Positions 14,606 to 29,164 of a DNA stretch of 64,000 nucleotides are shown piece by piece. Both the position numbers and the translations under genes were made by a program. Below the pieces are notes generated by a model. The model did not search any database. It was not told the origin of the DNA and saw nothing but the letters and a program-made list of their open reading frames with translations. This DNA comes from Chrysomallon squamiferum. Lineage: Eukaryota > Animalia > Mollusca. Numbering within the stretch: the stretch's first letter is position 1; each line of letters begins with the position of its first letter. Location: the NCBI GenBank assembly GCA_012295275.1, contig CM022679.1, positions 19,778,001-19,842,000 on the forward strand. Direction: 5' to 3'.

Positions 14606-16269
14606 CAGAGAGAGAGAGATGGTTTATCAAATTTCTCTGACTTATTTTGTTCTAACACTCCTTCTTCTATCTTTTACTATTTCTTTACATCTCTTTTTCT
14701 ACACCCAGATCTAACTTTTTTATATCTTGTTTTATGTACTTTATTTTACCAACAAAAATGTTAACTGTCCTGAATGTTTTCACAAAAGAAGTATTTTGGA
14801 TATTGATATAAATACATAATTAACACATCATTTTAGGAATCAAAATTAGTTTACCAAATTAAGCAATGTGAACATTGCTATGAACTGAATTAAAAATAAT
14901 TACCTGATATACATTTCTTTATTTGAATCAAATTTAGATGCTGAGATCCCAACAGTGAAACCGAACCTGTGTACATCAGACAAAACAATAACCTGAAAGT
15001 AATTAAATTAACATTTGAGTTACAACACAACAGTTTTAATGTTAGGTTGCTTATATACTCAGCATCTAGATAAAATTAAACTTTCAGTGAGAACAATTTT
15101 TATATTCTGATTCCTTGTTATAAGTATTTAAAGTTAAAAACAGAATTAGATATCTAATGTCAGAGAGTTAAGAATCTTATAATTTTGATTTAACATCTGC
15201 CATACCTTGATAGCAATATGGCTAGAATGACCCAGTCCATTCATATCAGTTGCTGTGACATTCAGAAATAGAGTATTTGACTTTGCTCGGGCAATGGGCT
15301 GAAGGGTTACAATCTGACCAGTCGGGTTGTAAATACCAAACATATTTTCACTGCCAGACAGTCTGAGTGTTATTTCACCATTAACTCCTTCATCCTTGTC
15401 TGTCACCTGAGAAATAATATTTATATCATTATAACAATACTTGTATCATACAATGTAATGATATTTATACACAAAATGTAATAATACTCATATCACAAGA
15501 TGTAATGATACACATATCACAAGATGTAATAATACTCGTTACACCAGATGTAATAATATTTATAACACACATGTTGGCATTTTATAACGGTACAGAGATA
15601 TCAAATCTTGAGAAAAACTGATAAATAAATATTTAAATGTAAAACACTATGATACCCATTTAACATATTTTCTTTTTTATACCGAAATGAATGCTCTGTC
15701 TACCAAATATTCAATTAATTAGTAATGAAATATGAAAAAAGAAGTAACTATACATAAAGGCTTTTCTCAGAAAAATGCCTAATTAACTGATATAATAAAA
15801 TAAAAGATTTTTCACTGAAATGGTTAACATAATTAGCAATATTATTTGTTGTTGTTGTTGTTGTTGTGGTTGTGTGTGACCGTACTTTCATGTGTTATGT
15901 TTTATTCATTTTATTATGTTGTCCCTGGTACTCACTGTCAGTGTTGTCAGTAGGTAGTTCCTCCCCGCTGATTTAGGAATTCCAAACACTGATGTGTCAC
16001 TGATGCTAGGCTGTGGTTTGTGGAATGCTGGGACATTGTCATTTACATCGTCCACATTTACTGTGATCTCTGCCACATCACTTCTCACTTATAAAATCAT
16101 GAAAATAGCTACTTGGTTTCTGGGTTTAAGATATATGTATCTTTAACATGTGAATCCAGAATGCATTCTAGTATGACTTTGAATATCATATGTTACTCAG
16201 TTTTTAGAAATGTATACATATAAATGTGTATTTATTTATGTGTGTGTGTGTGTGTGTGTGTTTATATTC

Positions 16270-16318
<49 letters not shown>

Positions 16319-19300
16319 TGGATAGATATATATAGACATCTGAAATGGCTTCAGAGAAGAATTATTTTTTTAATTAAAAATTAATATTAATATTGTTACT
16401 TTAATGGATAAAAATAAGGAATTACATGATCTGTATGAGTTTTAGAAATTAAAATACTAGCTGAAAACTGTTAATCAACATATTATTGTTGTTGTTGTTG
16501 TTATTTTGAAGAGTACACTAGATGACAATGTTTATATCTAGTATTACTTACCTGATCTTCTCTGTCGTGACGTGTTTGACAAAGCAGAGGACACCATCAC
16601 ATGTAGCTTGTACTGCGACACCTTCTCACGGTCTAGACTTTTCAAACACACAATTAGTCCTGTGCTTCCATTCACAACAAATACATCTGCAATTTTCATC
16701 ATACACATGTTTTGGTGCCACTAATTTAGACTTAGTGTATTAGATAATATTATAATGTTGTAACGTTTTCTTTTTTATCTGTTAATATAAATGCCATATT
16801 TCAAATGAAACTGCATTATTCTAGAATTTTTATTTTTGTTCTATATATTTTTTTTTTTTTTTTTTTTTTTTTGAACTGAAGAATGTTATTTGACCTTATA
16901 TAATAATATCAGGTGTACCGGTGAAATCTGAAGATGCTTTTCTTTTTTAAAGTCAGTATTACACAATGAATGCATCAAAATGCTAAACAGACTATTGATA
17001 ATTTAATACTCTGTACAATAGTTTTATCAAATAATTTGATAAAATAAGAATGAATTTCTATTGTTTCAAATTGTCATTATATTTACCAATAAATTTAAAT
17101 TATTATAAATTAAAATTATTTTTATTACATATGAATAAAATATCCATGAAATTTATATAATTAAGAGAAATTATACATAAAATTAATACACATTATAGAA
17201 AATATCATTAAAATTGATATATATATATATATTAGAACATACATTCAAAATTATTATAGATTAATTTAATATAGGAGTATGTACAAAAAAAAAAAAATGA
17301 AGTCAACAGTTCATTTAAGAATAAAACCAGTTACTGTTATCTTCTGTTTGTTTTATAATTACCTGTTGGTCCATCAGTCATCTTGTAAACAACTTTGACG
17401 CCACTGATTTCGTCCGTGGTGTTCAAGTCAAGAAGTGCTACAGGAGGAGCAGTGTTTTCTCTAACATGGGCCGTGTATTTTCTCTGGGGGAATGAAACTT
17501 TGGGCTCCATGATTGTTACTAGCACCTTGTATAAAAAAAAGAGTTCCAAAATTAATATTAAAATGTATCCATAATTTAAATGTGAATATAATATATATCT
17601 ATATTTCTCCATGTTGAGAAATATGTTTATCAAATTTGTTTCTTTTTGAAAAGTAACAGATAATAAAAATTCAGTAGTAAAATTACTTCAATGACATTTT
17701 TGTTTTATTATTTTGTATTCTCAACAGTGTTTTTTGATGTTTTATAACATGTTATATATACCCATACTTATAGATAATTGTTTAAGAATGGTGTTTAGCA
17801 TTTACAGTTAACTCTTCTCTAATTTAATTGTGTCCTACCTGTGTTGAACTGGAACTCTGAGGAGTCAGTTTATCAAAAGCTGTAACAGTGAAGAGATGCT
17901 GTCCCAAAGTCTCTGGCTCTTTAGTCAAGTACAAAACACCTGAATCTGTCTTGATGTTGAACAGACCATCTGCATTTCCCTGTGTGATGTTGTAGTAAAA
18001 ATCACCAGCTCCAGCATCTAGTTCAGCTTGAAGAACAGAGCCAGCAGGGCTTCCCACAGCAATCTCAAGTAAATACAGAGATCTGCTGAACTTTGGTTTA
18101 GTGTCATAGGTGTCGTTGACATACACATAGACAACAGTCGTTGAGTTCTGTGAAGGACTGCCAAGGTCACTAGCCATAACTTGAAGTGTGAATTCTTTTT
18201 GTTCTTCATAATCTAATGGTCTAAGAGTCTGTATTGATCCATCTGAAGGTGGAAAACAAAAAGATAAAATTGTTAGAATATAGAATAATTTATTCAGTGC
18301 TTAGAACCTATCATGAAAAGTATACTTGTCATTTTGTATTTAATTTTAAAATAACATTTTACAAAGAAATGTACAGCAACATTTCAGAACAAATCTAAAA
18401 TTTTATTAAAATTGTAACTGCTGCCTTTGTTGACTGCTTTTAGAGTGACTGCTAATGAAGAAGAATAAGAACTCACCAAGTGCATTTATCTGAAAATAAC
18501 TGTCAGAATCATTCCCAGTTAGCCTGTACACCACCTGACCATTGAGACCCGCGTCTCTGTCAGTAGCTGATACGTTGATAATCTGACAGAAAATAAAACA
18601 TCAAGAATAAAAGTGCATGAATATACTTGAGGTAGAACTGTTATAACATTTTCACTATTTTGCAATGATCTTTCTCTTTATATTAATCCCTTTCTTCTTC
18701 TTTTTATTTTTGCTGTTTTCTCTTCTCTAGTTTTTATTTTATTTTTTATACACTTTTTAAATCCTCTCTTTCTTCTTCTTATTTTTTTAATACTCTCCAT
18801 TTTAATTTTTAATTTTTTTTTTTGTACTGTTCCTTTTTTTGTGTGTCTATTCTGATCTGTTTTCCATTCTTTGATACTGTGTGTCTGTGTCTTTATGTGT
18901 ATGGGTAATTTTTTCCCCTCACAATTCTTACATTTGTTATTGCATTTTCATTTTCTCTGATAAATGTGATGTAGAGCTCTTTCTGAAACTGTGGATTTTC
19001 ATCATTTTGATCCAATACATTGATGTTCACTGCAGCCACTGCTGTCAGAGAGTTGTTCCCATGATCTTTTGCCTGGAGATAAATCAACAGCATAAAATAA
19101 ATAACAATAAATCATCATCTATGTGTCTCGCAATAAAAATATCAAAATGAATAATAACATACCCCGATAATTTATACTTAAGTCAAATAGATATAAAACA
19201 GATATTAACAACTGACATTCATAATAAGATGAAAAATAAGATCTGACATTAACACTGTTTAGCAGGCAGAAACTGTAGTAATTACTTTCTTTTCTATAAT

Positions 19301-22300
19301 TTAAAGGATGTTAAGTAGAAAAATCAGAATGTAGTAACTACAAGAAAATCAAAACAGAGAAAATTTATATTTTTACATCATAATGTTGAAAGAATGTTAA
19401 TTAACTGATTTACTTTTAACTTCATGTGTTCTTTCTTTATAAAAGTAACTAACTTAGATTTAATATTCAACAGATGTGAAACCTAACCTGAACTAGTAAT
19501 AAATAATTATATTTTTCTTCTCTGTCTAAAGTTCCATTTAATATCAGTTCACCTGTATTTACGTCAATACTAAAGTGAGTATCTGAAAATCAAAGTAAAA
19601 TATTTAATACTTGTGGCTGTTCCACAATATTTGTCTAGTAAATTATGTTAATATTTATAGCATTTAATTGTTCTTTGAATCAGAATAAAACCTAAATGAA
19701 AAGGATTTTAAATTAAGGAGACATAATGAAAACTATTTTGGAAAAATGGAAAGTTTTTTTGTTTCAAAACTGTTTATTTTCAAACATGTTCTACACTTTA
19801 ATGATTCTTAACAAGAATTTTTTTTCATAAGACATGGATTTTAACTAAACTTGGTAACTAAATTTATTCTGATATAAAATGTTAGTATATTTTTACAATT
19901 TATTAGCAAAAAGCAGTAATAATAGTCATTCATAATGCACATACACATTATTTAATAAGACAAATGAAAATCTAAAATGACTGTAACTAACATTTTCAAT
20001 ATGTGTTAAAAGTAGCCAGTGAAAATATTACCATTAGTTAATAAAGAGTATGTGAGTTTGGCATTAACACCAACATCACCATCTGTAGCAGTGACTTTCA
20101 GAATGTTCAGTTTTTCTTCATTTTCCTCAATGTCCATCCTATACACACTGCTAGAAAACACAGGTGCATTGTCATTTTCATCCAACACATTCACCACAAC
20201 CTGTAGAAAAATATATTTAACATTTGTTTTTGATTCAGTAATGAAGTTTGAACATCCATTAAAATGATATATTTACTACCCTTAATCCAGACTATATAAA
20301 CCAAAAATATCAGTTTATCATACTGATGTTTAAATTACAGTATGCTATTATAACTTTACAGAAAGCATTTAAAGAAAATTAAAAGTTCTATGCAGTAAAG
20401 GTTTGAATTGCTGTGTTATATTATATAAAAACTAAAATGAAAATGTAGAATCCAGTGTCTACAAACAAGTATTTATAAACTAAAAACATTAATGTCAAAA
20501 AATACACTCAATGAAATAACATTGTAGTGAAATCTGTCAAAATAAATTAAAATTTAAAACAAAGAATTCAAAATAATTTAAAATAAATAATTCAAAATAA
20601 AGAATTCATAATAATTTAAAAAAAAAAGAAATGAAAATAATATATTATAAAGAATTCAAAACAGTTAATTATAAAAGCAGTGGTTCTGTAGTCTGGGGTC
20701 TGACTACTGGTTCACAACATCAGTTGTAGTTCTCTGTGATGAGGTCAGTGGAAACAGGTAAATACGATTCTACTTACCACAGCAAAAGCTGTCCGTTCAG
20801 GTGTTCTTCCATTACAAACTTGAATGATAAAAGTATAAGAAGATTTGGTTTCCCTGTCCAGTTCTGCAGCTGTTGTAACACTACCCTGCAAGATATTACA
20901 TTTAAACATATTTTTAAAAATATTTATATATTTATTTATTTATTTATTATTACTGTTATCATCATTATTCTTGTTTGTTTTTTTAAACAGAATACACTGG
21001 ATTATTTACTGTATTTCTCAGAAATGAATTAAAATAATGTAAAGTTAAGTACTCTTAATTAACTACTTTAAATAATTTAATATTTTTATATACATGACAA
21101 AATGCTTTATTTAATAATGGTTTGTTTTCAGTAACATATGAACTGAATAGGCTGATTTAGGCAGATAAAACATTGAATGAGGTTTGATCTATGTTTTAAA
21201 AAGTACAGCTTACATTTGTAGTTTCTATGGTGAAGATTTGTGAGGCCTCAGTTGTGTTAGTAATTGAATAAGTCAGTTTGCCTGAAGTTCCATTTGAAAG
21301 TCTTGCACTAACTGACCCTACACAGCTACCTTGAATGGGATGAATAACAGAAATTATCAAAAATGTTTGTTTTTTATTATTATTAAATAATGATTAGACA
21401 AAATTTGATATAAAATAATTCTTTATGTGATGATATTTTAGAAATTATTTTTATAACAGATAAAAATAAACCTTTGAGAATGGTCTATTTAAGAAACAAA
21501 CAAAAAACAATAGAGAAAGAAAATGGTGAAACATTCAATAATTGTTAAAACAATAAAAATTTATTAATTGCTTAATACATCAATCATGTTTATAAAAGAT
21601 TTATCAAACATATGTAAATTTAACATTTCAGAATTGTAGTGTTTTTTGTTTTTTTATGGGTTTTTAACCTTTAAATTAATTACTGTTAATCAAATTTAAG
21701 TTTATAAAACCATTTTACAAGAATATCCTAAATCTGACCTGCTTCCTGGTTTTCCTTAACAGAAAACTTGTAAATATCTTTATCAAAAAGAGGCATTTCA
21801 TCTCCTACAGTGTTCACCCTGATGTTCAGAGAGATATTACTCATCCTTTTCTCATCACCGTTGTCTGTGGCAAGTACCTCCAGCTTGATAGAACTGTGAG
21901 TCAGTAAACCTTCAGCCATTATGTTTCTCAAAGACTTTGAAATTGTTACAAGTCCAGTAGTCTCATCAATATCAAAGTAATCACTATACTGTCCAGATAA
22001 ACTATATTTGATGACTCCATTTTCTCCACTGTCTGGATCATGAGCTTTAGCTAGTGCTATCACTGATCTTGTAGGAGATTCCACCAGAATGCTGACATTG
22101 ATAGGGTTATTACTGCATGATTCCTCATTACAGAACACTGGGTCATTGTCATTTTTATCCAGTATTGCTACTGATACATCAATGTATGAAACACAAGGCG
22201 GGTTGCCATGGTCTGAAGCATAAATTTTAAAACTGTAATTATCATTTTCCTCTCGGTCTATCGGTTTCACTGTTCTTAGTTCATTTCCTGATATCTCAAA

Positions 22301-25300
22301 GAATTCTTCAATAACTAGAAACAAGTGAGAAATAGAAAAAATAAATAGATTACAGTTATATTTAGAAAACAATTTAAAACAAAGTTTCATAGTTCTCAAC
22401 AATTCGTGTTAATTAGTTTTAACACACACACACACACACACACACACATCTACATAAGTACAAACATTCTCTCACACACATGCATATTGTATTAATATTC
22501 TATAATCAAATCAAATTTAAATTAAAAATAAATATAAGAAGTATTCTAAAACTCAGAAGCTACTTATAACTTATGTGTTTTTAAAAAATCTAATAAACAA
22601 AGTATAAATAATGCTATAGAGTGCTAAATTAACAACAAAAACCTATAATATAAAAAGAACATCACATTTTACCTGTGTTATTAAGAAAGAATGTAACAGT
22701 GCCATTCACACCTTTGTCTGGATCAGGTGCGGTCAAATTTCCAATACAGGTAGCATTTTCATTCTCACTAACAAGAAACTTTGTATCTAGTAGAGAGAAT
22801 GCTGGACAGTTGTCATTAACATCGTCTATGAAGACAAGAAGAGTAGTAAACGTAGAGTGTTTCCCATCACTGGCAGACACAGTGAGGTTGTAAACACTCT
22901 TCCTTTCCCTGTCCAGTCCTCCAGCTACCTTCACAACACCTACAAATAAACACATTGTGTGCTCATACAATTAGTAGAGGCTATTTTCTTGGCAAAAAAA
23001 CATTACACTGTAATTTAAATCTTTAGTAAAGAAACATTTGGAACACTTGTGAAATATTTTCTATGATGTTACCAAAAAAATTGGTGAAAATATCTAGAAG
23101 GTGAAACTAACTTTTAACTATAGAAAAAAAATTAAGAATTATTTGGAAAAAATTAGAGAAACATCTACAAATATCAACATAACAATGACAAAGACGGATC
23201 GTTTTCTATTTAGTGAAAGTAAAAATATTTTTCATATATCTTTTGTTTTTTTGCCCAAAATATTAACGTTTAGTTGAGCTTCTTTTTTTTTTTAATCCAG
23301 TGAAACATATTACCAGCTATTTTTACAAATAACATTGTCAGGCATAATATATTTTCACTAGTTTCTACATACATCAAGAAACACTGTCATGGAATTTTCA
23401 CTAAAGTCAGGTTTGAAATCTCTCTTGTATGCACATACACACCTACTCATACACACTGACAAACACACACATACATACACATGTGTACACACACCCAGTC
23501 ACACACACACACACACATACAACCAGTCATACACATACACACACTCATACACATTTACACACAAACATTCATATTCAAACAAACACACATATACCAGTTA
23601 TTATTATGTTTGTCAAGTGTGTCATATATCAGAAGATAAATGATCTTAATTCAATTCACTTTATTGTGATGCACACCTGTTAGAGGATCAATGAAAAATC
23701 TGAAGTCATCTCCAGACACTAAAGTGTAATGTAATGAGCTGTTGCCATTGATGTCACTGTCAGATGCTATTACTTGACCGACAACGTCTGATGGACGTGA
23801 AGATTCAGAAATACTAAACGTGTAGAGAGTGGATGGAAACTGGGGAGATTCGTCATTAACATCAGAAACATGAATCACAACTGAAGTGTTCCCTTTGTTT
23901 CCCCTGCCTTCTGCATCTTGCGCTATTATCTGGAAAAAAAAACCCACAAAAAAATATATTTTGTGTATAATGTCTTTTTCTGTGAAAAATAAAAAATAGA
24001 CAAAATATAATTTATGTTCTTTGTAAAATATTTTTCACACAAAATGTAAGAAATGAATTATGTGTAAATGTAAAATATTGTCACAAAAGAAAAATATAAA
24101 ATTTTATCTCAAATCATAAAACAGTATATTAATGTTGTGTTACCTGTATGATGTATACTGGTGTCTGTTCTCTATCCAGGCTCTGAGTATTTAAATATAT
24201 CTCTGCATTATTAGGATTCACATAGAACGGTACAACAGCAGGATACAGGCTGTACCAAATCCCTTCTGTTCCATTCACACCATTGTCTGAATCAGTGGCA
24301 GTTACAGATGGTATCTATATGATGCAGAATGAAAAAGTATTAAAATTAAATTGAATGTAAATTAGTATTATTATCTCTTTTTTTTTCATGAGAAATAAAT
24401 CATAAACTGAAACAATGACACATAAAAAACATGAATGGAAAGAATGGCTTTAAAAAGTTGAAGTGATGATTAGAATTTTAACTCTTCTAATTGTAAAATA
24501 ACAATATTTAAAAATATTTTTACTATGAAAAATGAACTAATATAAATATATTTCTTTACAAGATGAAAGAAATATTTAATTACAAGGATGTATATAAAAA
24601 ATGTTTTGCTGTGAGTATATTTATTTTATCACATTAACTGATATTATTCAAATAACAAAATATAAAGATATTACTATGTCAATCTGTGTTCCATTCTCAG
24701 CAGCTTCAGAAATGCTAGCATTGTACACACTGTATGTAAACACTGGAGAATTGTCGTTTATGTCCATTATGTGTACTGTGATGTCAGATGTGTTCTTGAA
24801 AAACAAAAGAAAGACAACAACACAAGAGTTACTTTTCTTCAATAACATTGAAAAACATTGCATTAAAGAATGCTTAATTAAGTGCAGTATTTGTTAAATG
24901 CACAGTTTGCTGTATCTTTAAGTGTTTATTATCTGAGGAAAGATCTCGTTACAAATGTTAAATATTGTTTACAGATAATTCAGATTATGGGAAATTAACT
25001 GTGTTCTGTAATGAATGTGTCATCTTGTTTAAATAAAAATTATTATTATTATTATTATTAATTATCGATATTATTTTATTTGTTAATATTATTGTTATTA
25101 TTACAATTGTTGCTGCTGTTGTTATTTAGAGAAAACAATGATTATGGGAAATTAACCTTCTTTAAATAAAAATTATTATTATTACAATTAATTATGTCTA
25201 TTATTATTATTGTTTTTTTTATTTTTTATTTTCTGTTGTTTTTATAGTGTTATTATTTTTGTTGTTGTAATAATAATAATCATCATTATCATCACCATCA

Positions 25301-27319
25301 TCATCATTCACCATCATCATCATCATTACTACAACTGTTATTGTTTACTTTGAGTGGAACCAATCCTCTGTCTGTAACTTGTACTGTAAATCTAATGACT
25401 GCTGTTCCATTTTCCATGAGCCACCTGGTGTCTTCACGATCAAGTTCTGTAACTACTGTTATTATTCCCTGAAAAAAAACACAATCAAAAAACAAACTTT
25501 TAAAATTGTTTGCCTACAATTACAGATTTGAGATGCACAGATTTCTTTTTCATGAATTATATATATCTGTTTATTTCATTACTAAGAAACTGAAATCATT
25601 GAAAAGATTTTGCTTGTACAAAGTACCGAGATTCACTAGTCTGATAGTTATTATCTGGATGAACCTAAATAATGTGCAATTTTCTGCAGTCTTAATATTC
25701 CATAATTAAATAAAGGAATAAAAGGATACATTCACTACAGCATAATAATTATGGCATATATAACGAAAACTTAATGTTGAGAGAAATAGATAAAATGACT
25801 GTAAGTTATTTTTTCTGAAAGTCAGTTAATGTATGAAACACTAATACTGATGTATTTTCACTTTTTAAAGATATTCTGTGTGTGTGTGTGTGTATGTTTG
25901 TGATTACGGTACTTTTCATGTGTATGGGAATGACTATAAAATAGGTATCTTATTAACTTTATTGCCAATGGTTTTTATGTTAAATATTCCTTCTGTGTTT
26001 CCTTTCACAATACTGAATGTGAGTAAAGAGTTGTTCCCAGTATCTTTATCATGGGCATCTATCACCATGGACTGATTAATACTGGAGGGTCCTGAAAAAA
26101 TAAAATAAAATAAAATACAAATTTAAAATTTAAACAATAAAAAATAAAAGAGTAAATATGTATTAATAGATGTCACTGGACTGGTTAAGTCTTATCAGAT
26201 ATCTTAATCTTTCACAGATACAAAGAGAATTTTTTTAATAAAATTTTATATACTGTATTAAAATTTAAAAGAAGCAATAACTGAAGTAGTAGCTAAATAT
26301 AAAATGCTTTTATCTTTTTTCACCAAAGTAAAATAAAAATAAAAATAATACTGCTCCTAATAAGGATGATGATGATAACAGTGATAGAAATAGTTTTAGG
26401 TTTAGTAGCTGTAGTAGTGCTGCTGCTTCAACTACTGTTATTACTAATTATTCTCCTCTTTCTCCTCCTCCTAATAATAATAATAATAATAATAAGTTAA
26501 TCTAATTCTTTAAAATAAAACATGCAAACACACCTTCCACTATGTCAAAAACACAGTGTGATTTGTTGAACTGTGGAGCATTGTCATTTTCATCTGTAAT
26601 GATGATCTTTAATTCCATTTTCCCCTACATGATAACAGAAACAAAGGTTTAGTGAAAAACAAAACATTCTTTTAATAAAATAATTTTCATGGTTCAGTAA
26701 GTTCAAAACAGTTTAAAGATTGTTTTACTGTTCATTGTTGAAAACAGATAGATCATGTGAGGGAATCAATAGATATTGCATCAGTTAAGATGTGAGTAAG
26801 GTCTATCAAAATAGTGATGTCATTTTCAAATTTAATGAACATTTTAATAATATAAAATTACCACTATTTTATGAGTTATTGAAAATATATTGATATTATT
26901 GAAGAGAATTTATCAGTACTGATAAAACTTACATGTTACATATCTATATTAGAAGTTAAATCAAACTTACAGTGTGATTAGCCAAATCTTCAGCAACAAC
27001 ATCAAGACTGTATGATTCCTGAGACTCTCTGTCCAGTTCTGACCTGACAGTGATTTTACCACTTTCACTATCAACAACAAAGACCTCTGAAAGAATTAAA
27101 GAACTTATTATCACAAAATGTTAGTATAATTAAAGAATATAATGTTATTTTCATTTAACTGTGTTATACATGGCTTTTTCTTTAAAGTGATTCATAACTG
27201 AGATTCAGAAACTTTAAATTAACTTTAATATATGTGTGGATGTGTGTACATATACACATACATATGAGTGTGTGTGTGTGAGTGTGTGTGTTTGTGAGTT
27301 GTGTGTGTGTAAATATGTA

Positions 27320-27360
<41 letters not shown>

Positions 27361-27396
27361 ATGTGTGTGTGTGTGTGTATGAGTGTGTGTGTGTAT

Positions 27397-27453
<57 letters not shown>

Positions 27454-29078
27454 TGTGTGTGAGTTGTGTATGTGTGTGTGTGTGTGTGTTTCATGGACAT
27501 CTATTGTTTTATTTTATTTTATTTTTTATTTTAAGCAATCCATTATGATAGAGAAGCATAGGAAAATAATTTTCTACATAAATATTTGGAATAAATGTAT
27601 TGATAACAACATTTACCTTCAGGATAAAGACTATATCTGATTTTTCCTTTGTCAGTATAATCCAGATCCACAGCTTCTGCCTGGAATATCATGGATCCGA
27701 TACTGGTTTTCTAAAGAAAGTGAAAAACAAACATGTTTTTTAAATAAACAAGTACCAAAACAACAGTTAAAAATAATATCCATTCAAACATAACACCTAA
27801 TGCTGATTTTCTAAACAACCAAATAACTGCAAATGAAAGTAAATTAACATTAAAAAATTATCATTTATATTTTCATAATATTATAATAATTCAGCAACAC
27901 TGTAAAATAAAATCCACTGATTTTTATCCAAATATCACAAGTAACATAAAATTACATTTCATTTCATTCTTTTTATGAAACGACGTCAACAACAACAACA
28001 ACAACAAAAATAACCCAGTTATATATTAAACTTGATCCCTTATTCTATTCTATACATTAACATATTAGTGACAAAATAATAACTGTTACAGGGAAAAAAG
28101 GAAAATAAAAAAAGTCATTTTTTCTGTTTATTTATTGTTGTTGTGTTGTTGTTGTAGATGCTGTTGTTATTATTATATAACAACTATTGTTTTTGTTGTT
28201 GTTGTTATTGTTGTTGTTTAGTCTATATTACCTCTGAAATGTTAATGCTAACAAGAGTTTGAGGAAACTCTGGTAAATTGTCATTTTCATCAAGAATGAG
28301 TACAATCACAATTGCTGTTGCTGTGTACGTTTCATCTGACGCTGTCACCTGTTAAATAAACATGGCTGCCACATCTGATTTTAAGCTGTACTGATAGAGA
28401 CATATGTAGAAAGATCCATTAATACATTTTCACAGAATATTATATAATGTCTTTAACTTACAATTAACTTTGATAGATACAAGTATTGCTCTTTTAACTT
28501 CACAACCAATATATGTTATGAGTAATGTTGTTTTGAACAAATATTATTATTATTATTATTTATTTATTTGTTATTTGTTTGTTTATTTATTTATTTGTTA
28601 TTTGTTTGTTTATTTATTTATTTATTATTTTATTTTGTAATTAAGCCCTTGAACCACTCAAAGATACACTAGTTATCAGAAAATGTTTATGTACACGAAG
28701 ACAAAAGGGATAATATAACATGGCACAGTAGTCATTGAAATAAAAATGAAAATGTATTATCTCTGTAATATTGTACAATGTGATAATATATTAAAAAATG
28801 TTTTAAATTAACCTGGAATGTATATCTATATAGCTGGTTTGTTGGTATTAATTCACGATCTAATTTGTTTTTCACCAGTACAGCCCCAGTAGATGAATTA
28901 ACAGAAAATAATTCACTGGAAGAATCCTGGGAAGGGTTGATGTCATATGTTAGCTGGAAAACAGAATTTGATAAGTAAATTAGTTATGTGTTAATAATAA
29001 ATTAGTTATTTCATATTTCAATAAATTATTAACTTAATCACCACCACAGTCAATATCAACAACAATAAAGGAAAGAGA

Positions 29079-29164
<86 letters not shown>

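Noticed and set aside
24982-25210. Short intronic duplications here and at 49905-50012
   Set aside because: Two-copy AT-rich duplications not touching splice sites; no functional sign.
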